Shown piece by piece: positions 57,226 through 64,000 of a stretch of DNA of 64,000 bases (position 1 is its first letter; each line of letters begins with the position of its first letter). The position numbers and the translations under genes are program-made. A model generated the notes under the pieces. The model saw only the letters and a list, made by a program, of their open reading frames with translations, ran no database searches and had not been told where the DNA came from. The DNA is from an uncultured Bacteroidales bacterium (GTDB lineage: Bacteria > Bacteroidota > Bacteroidia > Bacteroidales > UBA7960): NCBI GenBank assembly GCA_964463915.1, contig CAYXEH010000003.1:38547-102546 (forward strand), given 5' to 3'.

Positions 57226-58406
57226 AACACATTCATACCATCATTCGTAAAGAATCGCTGGATACCCTGCGCGACCGCCGAACACTGATTGTCATGGTAC
57301 TTGTCCCGGTGTTACTTTTTCCAGTACTTTTTATTGCCCTGACCCGTTTGCAGACCTCCGTCATGGAACGGGAACAAGTTCGCCTGGTGCGTGTCGGATG
57401 GGTAAACCAGGATGATGATCCGGAACTCGAATTATTTTTTAGTCAACAAGAGCGAATGGAGTTAGTAAATGTCCAGGATGAAACTTTGCTGGAACAATTG
57501 ATACGCAACGACAGCATTTCATACGGGGTGGTTGTCCCGGAAAGGTTCGGCCAGCGTATAGAGAACATGGAAGAGGCGGCTCTGACACTGTATTATTCGG
57601 GGGCACAAATCCAGGGGAAGGATCGAATCGACAGGGTGCTTCAGCAATATGAGAACAAACTTGTCAGTGAGCGGCTGGAGGAAAGATCCCTGCCTGAGAG
57701 TTTTATCAGTCCTTTTGAAACCCGTGATATGAACATCGCCTCAGACCAGGAAATGATCGGAATGATCGCAGGTGGGTTTCTCCCCTATCTGTTTATTATT
57801 TTTTGTTTCACCGGCGCCATGTATCCGGCCATCGATCTTTTTACAGGAGAAAAAGAGCGACACACCCTGGAAACACTGTTAACAGCTCCGGTTTCAAGGC
57901 TTCACATCCTAATCGGAAAGTTGTCAGTTGTTACCCTGACAGGGATTGCTTCTGCACTTCTGGCCATACTCGGACTTTTCCTTGGATTCCAGCTTACCGC
58001 CGGCTTGCCGGAAGTGATCATGGGTGTTGTGATGGGAATCCTCAGCATACAATTTGTGTTGATGCTTTTATTGATGCTTGTTCCGCTGACTATTTTCTTC
58101 AGTGGGGTAATGGCTCCCGTTACCATTTATGCAAAAACTTTTAAGGAAGCCCAGAGTATGCTCACCCCGATGACTTTTCTGGTGATCATTCCGGCGGCAA
58201 TTGCCATGGTACCTGGCATTGAGTACAATGCGGCAACCGCCCTGATCCCGGTGGTGAATATCACACTGGCTACCAAAGAAATTATCGCCGGCACCATCAA
58301 CATCCCTCATTATCTAATTACCGTTTTCTCCCTGATCGGGCTGGCAGCTATCTCTGTTATATTCTGTGCCAGGTGGTATGGCAAAGAAAGTAATATACTG
58401 AGGTAA
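57222..58406 (+). CDS. ABC-2 type transporter permease (NatB-like)
   Basis: 394 aa. N-terminal TM helix, large extracytoplasmic loop, then 5 C-terminal TM helices. ATGA overlap with the ATPase gene. Confidence 0.8.
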   Translation: MKHIHTIIRKESLDTLRDRRTLIVMVLVPVLLFPVLFIALTRLQTSVMEREQVRLVRVGWVNQDDDPELELFFSQQERMELVNVQDETLLEQLIRNDSISYGVVVPERFGQRIENMEEAALTLYYSGAQIQGKDRIDRVLQQYENKLVSERLEERSLPESFISPFETRDMNIASDQEMIGMIAGGFLPYLFIIFCFTGAMYPAIDLFTGEKERHTLETLLTAPVSRLHILIGKLSVVTLTGIASALLAILGLFLGFQLTAGLPEVIMGVVMGILSIQFVLMLLLMLVPLTIFFSGVMAPVTIYAKTFKEAQSMLTPMTFLVIIPAAIAMVPGIEYNAATALIPVVNITLATKEIIAGTINIPHYLITVFSLIGLAAISVIFCARWYGKESNILR

Positions 58407-58430
58407 AACATTCATGTTTTTTAATTCCGA

Positions 58431-58438
58431 TAAATTTG
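58431..58438 (+). promoter_or_regulatory. Candidate -7 box TAAATTTG upstream of the S15 peptidase gene
   Basis: Matches TAnnTTTG, 40 nt before the ATG at 58479. Confidence 0.35.
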
Positions 58439-58478
58439 TTCCTTTGTAACCCACATCATTAACTCTTCCAAAATCATT

Positions 58479-60335
58479 ATGAAATACACAAACAGAGCAG
58501 CAGCACTTGTCACGGCATTTATTTTTCTCTGGCCGTTTTACGTTATCTCCGCAAATTTGCCCTCGGAATCCCCGCAGGATATCTCCAGGCCCGTCATAGA
58601 GGATGGCATGGCACAGAAAGTGGAAGCTTTTTCTGATCCGGATACCTGGATACGTCATGACCTCTGGGTAGAGACAGATTTTGACTCCGACGGCGATGGC
58701 CGTCCTGATCGTATGCATGTGTCGGTAACCAGGCCGCCACAAACTGAAGAAGGACTGCAACTACCCGTGGTTTACGAATCAAGCCCATATTATGCCGGTG
58801 GAGGATCCCTTGAAAGACAATACTTCTGGGATGTCCGCCAGGAACTTTACTCTGAACCCAATCCGAGGAAAGCCTTTGATCCCGCAGAACGAAACATTGA
58901 AAGACCTGTAATATCAAATTCACAAATTGCCACATGGGTGCCCTACGGGTATATCGTGGTGCATTCCTCCGCTCCGGGAACCGGTTACTCACAGGGCTGC
59001 CCCACCATGGGCGCTCTTGAGGAAGCCCTTGCCCCAAAAGCTGTCATTGACTGGCTGAACGGAAACGCCAAAGGCTATACCACCCCTGACGGAGATGAAG
59101 AAGTGGAGGCCTACTGGACCACCGGAAAGGTCGGCATGACCGGAACATCCTACAACGGGACGCTGGCCGTGGCTGCCGCTACAACAGGTGTAGAAGGGCT
59201 GGAGGCCATCATTCCCGTGGCACCCAATACCTCCTACTACCATTATTACCGTGCCGACGGACTCATCGTCCATCCTGATGGTTACCTGGGCGAAGACATT
59301 GACTTCTTTTTTGATTATACCCATTCAAACCCGGACCGGCGCGACTACTGCAACCGCACCTGGCGCGATACAGAGATCATGGAAAATATTGACCGTGTAA
59401 CCGGAAATTACAATGATTTCTGGGATGAGAGAGACCTGCTGAATCGCATTGAAAACCTTGAAGCTGCCGTACTGATGTCGCATGCATTCAACGACTGGAA
59501 TGTCATGCCCAGTCATAGTTACCGGGTCAATGAGGCGCTAAAGAACACTGATGTGCCGCTCCAGATGTATTACCACCAGGGCGGTCATGGCGGCCCTCCA
59601 CCGTTTGAAATGATGAACAAATGGTTTACCCGCTACCTCTTTGAGGTAGAGAACGATGTGGAAAACGATCCGGCGGCATGGATTGTGCGTGAGCACGATG
59701 ATAGACTGAAACCCACTCCTTATGAAGATTTTCCCAACCCCGCAGCCGTTCCGGTGGAGTTTTTCCTCGCGCCTGGCGCACCTGGGTATGGCAGCCTGAC
59801 CATGGAAAGAAAGCCCAATCAGGGTATAGAACGCTTCACCGATAATTTTTCCTTCAGTGGATCCGCCCTGGCACAGGCAGAATTTACCGATCACAGGCTT
59901 TTATACCTGACCGGGGAACTGGAAGAAGACCTTCATCTCTCCGGCGTGGCCTCGGTGAACATCCGGCTTGCCATCGACAAGCCCGCCGCCAACCTTTCGG
60001 TATGGCTGGTTTCCCTGCCCTGGAACGAAGGAAGAAATACGAGAATTACTGACAATATCATCACCCGCGGCTGGGCCGATCCCCAGAACAGGAATAGCAT
60101 CCGTGAAAGTGAACCACTGCCCCCGGGAACCTTTTACCGTGTGGGGTTTGAAATGGAACCCACCGACCAGGTGATCCCTGCCGGGCAAAAGATCGGGTTG
60201 ATGATCTTTTCCAGTGACAAGAACTTTACGCTGCATCCGGATCCCGGCACCGAACTCACGATAGATCTGAACTCCACTTCGATTACCTTGCCCGTGGTAG
60301 GCGGAGAAGAAGCGATTCAACTTTTGAGTCGCTGA
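58479..60335 (+). CDS. Xaa-Pro dipeptidyl-peptidase (S15 / CocE-NonD family)
   Basis: 618 aa. Signal peptide, DGDGRPDRMHV, nucleophile motif GTSYNG, C-terminal beta-sandwich domain. Confidence 0.85.
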   Translation: MKYTNRAAALVTAFIFLWPFYVISANLPSESPQDISRPVIEDGMAQKVEAFSDPDTWIRHDLWVETDFDSDGDGRPDRMHVSVTRPPQTEEGLQLPVVYESSPYYAGGGSLERQYFWDVRQELYSEPNPRKAFDPAERNIERPVISNSQIATWVPYGYIVVHSSAPGTGYSQGCPTMGALEEALAPKAVIDWLNGNAKGYTTPDGDEEVEAYWTTGKVGMTGTSYNGTLAVAAATTGVEGLEAIIPVAPNTSYYHYYRADGLIVHPDGYLGEDIDFFFDYTHSNPDRRDYCNRTWRDTEIMENIDRVTGNYNDFWDERDLLNRIENLEAAVLMSHAFNDWNVMPSHSYRVNEALKNTDVPLQMYYHQGGHGGPPPFEMMNKWFTRYLFEVENDVENDPAAWIVREHDDRLKPTPYEDFPNPAAVPVEFFLAPGAPGYGSLTMERKPNQGIERFTDNFSFSGSALAQAEFTDHRLLYLTGELEEDLHLSGVASVNIRLAIDKPAANLSVWLVSLPWNEGRNTRITDNIITRGWADPQNRNSIRESEPLPPGTFYRVGFEMEPTDQVIPAGQKIGLMIFSSDKNFTLHPDPGTELTIDLNSTSITLPVVGGEEAIQLLSR

Positions 60336-60790
60336 CCATAATCCACCACGTAGCGCTCGTACGCTGCATCCATGAGTGCAGAACTGATCATAAAATCTGC
60401 GGAAGACCTGCTGCAGGCCATGGGAATGTTATACACAATGGCAATGCGCAACAGGGCTTTGACATCCACATCATGTGGCTGAGCCTGAAGGGGATCCCAG
60501 AAAAACACCAGCAGATCCAGGCGGCCTTCTGCAATGGCTGCCCCCAGCTGCTGGTCACCCCCCAAGGGACCACTTAAAAAACGATGAATGGGAAGGTCCA
60601 GTTTTTCGGCCAGCAACCCGCCTGTGGTTCCCGTTCCAAAGAGTTCATGTTGCATAAGGGTGCCCCGATTGTGGGAGGCCCAATCAAGCAGATCGGATTT
60701 CCGGTGGTCATGCGCCACCAGCCCGATCCTTTTTTTCTGTTGCATTGGCTTTATATGGGAAGCAATGCTCGGGTCAATATTTTTTATCAT
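60317..60790 (-). CDS. mgsA: Methylglyoxal synthase
   Basis: 157 aa (alternative ATG at 60745). RIGLVAHDHRKSDL, GTGTTG, SGPLGGDQQ, FFWDPL..PHDVDVKALLR all parallel E. coli MgsA. Confidence 0.92.
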   Translation of the reverse strand: MIKNIDPSIASHIKPMQQKKRIGLVAHDHRKSDLLDWASHNRGTLMQHELFGTGTTGGLLAEKLDLPIHRFLSGPLGGDQQLGAAIAEGRLDLLVFFWDPLQAQPHDVDVKALLRIAIVYNIPMACSRSSADFMISSALMDAAYERYVVDYGQRLKS

Positions 60791-60929
60791 ATGCGGGTAT
60801 CTAAATACAGTAATAGGATATTACTCCAAAAGCAACCATTGTAAATATACCAAAAAACCCCTTAACAATGAAGAAACTATTGATTCCCGGCGGAGGCACC
60901 GCCGACAGGCCAGACAGCAATGGAGTATA

Positions 60930-63296
60930 TTAGAAATACACCCGGTAAGTCATCATGGGCATAAAACCCATTTGGTAAGAGGTATTGATCTCTTTCCTGT
61001 TGTTGTCCCAGGTACGTTCAAAAATATTCTCCCGGTTGGTCAGGTTCTGCAGATCAAGGGCCCACTCCTGGTTCACATGGCTACCGTTAAGGCGAAAGGT
61101 GAGTCTGGCATTGAGCCTGAAGTAATCCGGATACCTTTTTTCATAGGCTTCGTCCCATTTGAATTTTGCACCTCCGGTCTCCGCAGAATATATTGGGTCA
61201 ATTTCCAGGTAGGGCGTCCCCCCTGCATACACCACCTTCACATCCGCAGATAACAGGGAACGATCCCCCACCGCCCATTCATAGCCGCTTAAGACATTCA
61301 GCACATATTGATTGTTAAACACAGAATTACGCCAGACCCCGTCAAACCCACTGTACCCGGAATCAAACAGGGAAGCGGTAACCAGGTAATAAAAACCCTG
61401 ATCGAGGAACTTCTCCAGGGTCAGCTCCACTCCTTTATTCTCACCTGTTCCGCTGTTTTCCATATTGTCAAAAGCCATAAAAGAAAAGCCCCCTCCCTGG
61501 CTGAGCAGGGAAAATTCAGGACGCCTCCACGCCACAGGAATATTGTATAAATACTGGTAATATACTTCTGCTTTCAACCTATGACCTTCCCCCAGCAACC
61601 TGTCATAGCCGGCCACAAAATGAAAGCTTTTGGAGAACTCCAGGTGTTCATTGGTCCTTTCGTAAACCAGGTTAAGTGTATCAGTGAGCCGCTGGGCAAA
61701 ATATATGGCTTTCATCTGCGACTGACTGTGCAATCCGGCTCCAAGGTTAATGCTTTGGCCGGATGCCACTTTCCATTTTACCCCCATACGTGGCTCCAAC
61801 GACCAGGTATCGTTCAGGGACAAGAAGCTACTGTGAAGTCCTGAAGTAACTGACAATTCATTTGAAAAACGATGCTTCCACTCAGCAAAAGCACGGGCCA
61901 TTAACGTGTTTCCTTGTGTATTCAGGTAGTTGAAATATTTTTTTTCGTTCCTATCGTATTGCCTGCCTTCATACAAAACATCAAAATGATCCACAATCAC
62001 CCCGGCATTAAAGAAGTTACGTGCACTGAAGCGCTGTGACAATTTGCTTGTTAAAGTATATTTTGTTTCACGTAGATCTTCCTCCAACTGTTGCTTCTCA
62101 GGATCAAACTCCAGGTTGTACATCTCCACCGAACCGGTAATGCCTGATATCGCCAGGGTATTGGAAATACGTGAGTTCTCATTTAGATAATGAATGTGAC
62201 TGACCCCCAGCACACCCATACCGTTGGTATAATACAGGTCTGTTCCGGCAAACCCGAACTGGGCATCATCTTCTTCTGAATCCAGCATGGATATCCGGTT
62301 GTTACCACCCAGCCCGAACACCGACAACCGCCCATTTTCCAGTGGGAAATGCAGTTTCAGTGAAATGTCTTTATATTTTGGAATGGCTGCGCCAGTGCCA
62401 AAACTCATTCCCAAAGCATGTAATACTTCCAGGGTGCTGTACCGGCCGTTCACCATGTATGAGGCCCCGTTCTGCCTGGAAAGCGGACCCTCTGCCCCGA
62501 ACTCAAACCCATTGAAACCCATCTGCCCCATATACTCATGCTTTTCATTGTTCCCATTACGCATCCGCAGATCAAATGCTCCGGCCAGGGCGTTACCGTA
62601 TTCGGCCGGAAAGGCAGCGGTATAAAAATCCGAATTGTCCAGTTGGTTATTGTTCAGCATACTGATTGGGCCACCCGTAGAACCGATAGAACCAAAATGA
62701 CTGGGGTTGGGTATTTCCACCCCCTCCAGGCGCCAAAGCAAACCCAGCGGGGAATTGCCCCTGATAATGATGTCATTACGTTGATCCGACGCCGAGACTA
62801 CCCCGGCAAAATTGGCTGCCATACGTGAGGGATCACCGAGGCTTCCGGCATACCGTTCGGTTTCATCAATGGTGAATGAACGGGCGCTGACCATGGCCAT
62901 TTCATTAATCGCCTGATCTTTGCGAACTTCCGGACGAATTTCCACGTCAGCCAACTGGTACACCATTTCCTCCAACCGGATGCGCACTACCAGCTCACGG
63001 CCAGAACTCAGAAGAAGGTTCCGTTGCACCTCAGTCTGATAACCCACCATACTGACCCTCACGTCCAGCCTGCCCAGCGGCATTTCTTCAAAACGAAATT
63101 CACCATTGATGTCCGTAGAAGTGCCCTTCAGGGGATCTGTTCCCGGAATCACAACAGTAGCTCCCGGTAGCGGCAATTCTGTATAGGCATCAATGACCTG
63201 GCCCCTGAAAGTCTGGGTCACCTCGCTGGCACAAACCGAAAACTGAAACCATACAATTGTAAAAAAAAACAAGAATCGTAAAAATCCGTATCGCAT
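60930..63296 (-). CDS. TonB-dependent receptor with N-terminal carboxypeptidase-regulatory-like domain
   Basis: 788 aa. Signal peptide, CarboxypepD_reg pattern (FRGQVIDAYTELPLPGATVVI..DINGEFRF), plug (IIIRGNSP), barrel ending in a terminal aromatic (TYRVYF). Confidence 0.85.
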   Translation of the reverse strand: MRYGFLRFLFFFTIVWFQFSVCASEVTQTFRGQVIDAYTELPLPGATVVIPGTDPLKGTSTDINGEFRFEEMPLGRLDVRVSMVGYQTEVQRNLLLSSGRELVVRIRLEEMVYQLADVEIRPEVRKDQAINEMAMVSARSFTIDETERYAGSLGDPSRMAANFAGVVSASDQRNDIIIRGNSPLGLLWRLEGVEIPNPSHFGSIGSTGGPISMLNNNQLDNSDFYTAAFPAEYGNALAGAFDLRMRNGNNEKHEYMGQMGFNGFEFGAEGPLSRQNGASYMVNGRYSTLEVLHALGMSFGTGAAIPKYKDISLKLHFPLENGRLSVFGLGGNNRISMLDSEEDDAQFGFAGTDLYYTNGMGVLGVSHIHYLNENSRISNTLAISGITGSVEMYNLEFDPEKQQLEEDLRETKYTLTSKLSQRFSARNFFNAGVIVDHFDVLYEGRQYDRNEKKYFNYLNTQGNTLMARAFAEWKHRFSNELSVTSGLHSSFLSLNDTWSLEPRMGVKWKVASGQSINLGAGLHSQSQMKAIYFAQRLTDTLNLVYERTNEHLEFSKSFHFVAGYDRLLGEGHRLKAEVYYQYLYNIPVAWRRPEFSLLSQGGGFSFMAFDNMENSGTGENKGVELTLEKFLDQGFYYLVTASLFDSGYSGFDGVWRNSVFNNQYVLNVLSGYEWAVGDRSLLSADVKVVYAGGTPYLEIDPIYSAETGGAKFKWDEAYEKRYPDYFRLNARLTFRLNGSHVNQEWALDLQNLTNRENIFERTWDNNRKEINTSYQMGFMPMMTYRVYF

Positions 63297-63471
63297 TTTA
63301 AAAAAAATTTAAACATTTAGATAAAGTGACATAATAAAAACCATGCCACAACAAATATAAAACTTACTGACAAAGGTTTGTGATATTTTTCGTACCTTAC
63401 AGAGTGGTCAGATATAAACAAAAATGTTCGGTTTTGAACATTCTCAAAAAAAATCAACCAGTCATAATTTG

Positions 63472-64000
63472 ATGGAAACAGATAACAAGAAGCAGGTATT
63501 CGTCATCGGACTTGATGATTTCAACCTGGAAAAACTGAAACGCCTGCCTGAAGCACAGGAATGTGACTTTCATCCGGCCATAGAGGTCAAAGAGATGCGC
63601 GGTGTCCGGGAACTCAACATGCAGGAACTGATTGACACAGCATGCGAGCGCATTGATCAGGGAAGTAAAGTGGATGCCATAGTTTCTTATTATGACTTTC
63701 CGGGAACGACCCTGGTGCCGGTCATTGCCGATAAATATAAACTTCCCGCCCCAACCCTGGAAAGCGTCATGAAATGTGAACACAAGTACTGGAGCCGCCT
63801 GGAACAGAGCAAGGTGATTCCGCGAAGCATTCCCATGTTCAGGGCATTTGATCCGTATGAGGACAATGCTTATCAATCCATTGAAATGATCCCCCCTTTC
63901 TGGATCAAGCCTATCAAGTCTTTCCGGTCTTTTCTGGCCTATAAGATCACGAGCGAATACCAGTTTGCAAAAGTCATGCAAGAGGTCCGGGAACAGATTG
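63472..64000 (+). CDS. ATP-grasp domain protein, 3' end cut by window edge
   Basis: Not in the ORF track because there is no stop inside the window. The ATG at 63472 opens a frame that runs to nt 64000: METDNKKQVFVIGLDDFNLEKLKRL..VSYYDFPGTTLVPVIADKYKLPAPTLESVMKCEHKYWSRLEQ..PPFWIKPIKSFRSFLAYKI. This is the pre-ATP-grasp plus beginning-of-ATP-grasp pattern. The minus ORF 63454..63981 looks like its shadow. Confidence 0.65.
   Translation, partial: METDNKKQVFVIGLDDFNLEKLKRLPEAQECDFHPAIEVKEMRGVRELNMQELIDTACERIDQGSKVDAIVSYYDFPGTTLVPVIADKYKLPAPTLESVMKCEHKYWSRLEQSKVIPRSIPMFRAFDPYEDNAYQSIEMIPPFWIKPIKSFRSFLAYKITSEYQFAKVMQEVREQI

Noticed and set aside
60588-61253. 221-aa plus-strand ORF bridging mgsA and the second TonB-dependent receptor
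   Set aside because: It is antisense to two well-supported genes and crosses their intergenic spacer, with no motifs.
63454-63981. 175-aa minus-strand ORF listed in the track at the window end
   Set aside because: The plus frame is open to the window edge, has an ATP-grasp-like sequence and is preceded by an AT-rich promoter region. The minus translation has no recognisable features.
1-64000. Scan for CRISPR arrays, tRNA/rRNA genes, IS elements, integrases, phage or toxin-antitoxin/defence modules
   Set aside because: I saw no regularly spaced repeats beyond the small ones reported, no tRNA-like T-arm sequences in spacers, and no transposase, integrase, nuclease-helicase or RT-like ORFs. 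Gene content is core metabolism and envelope functions.

Overview
Dense, mostly housekeeping chromosomal segment that looks like a Bacteroidota genome: a T9SS C-terminal sorting domain, type III glutamine synthetase, two TonB-dependent receptors, and TAnnTTTG promoter boxes. I support about 51 protein genes, one cut at each window edge, plus one SRP (4.5S) RNA that an ORF track cannot show. There are also a few clear rho-independent terminators and candidate promoters. I found no CRISPR array, tRNA or rRNA, transposase, integrase, phage gene or recognisable defence gene. I cannot claim a clearly novel system. The best candidate for uncharacterised biology is a same-strand five-gene cluster at 25604..34334. 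It ends in a 1,377-aa protein that fuses two activase-type ASKHA ATPase modules to dehydratase-like modules. Ahead of that gene lie a rhodanese lacking its catalytic Cys, a TonB-dependent receptor, an NTP-transferase and a secreted protein. Other points worth a second look:
- a CusA-fragment::DUF3347 chimeric ORF beside an HMA-AraC regulator, probably the scar of a lost metal-efflux operon
- a glycogen synthase/phosphorylase fusion
- a four-repeat OB/S1-like protein at the end of a run of nfeD plus NAD-salvage genes (pncB, pncA)
- a type II pantothenate kinase next to an orphan LutA-like protein
- several small repeats

All calls come from reading motifs by eye. No searches or computations were run.
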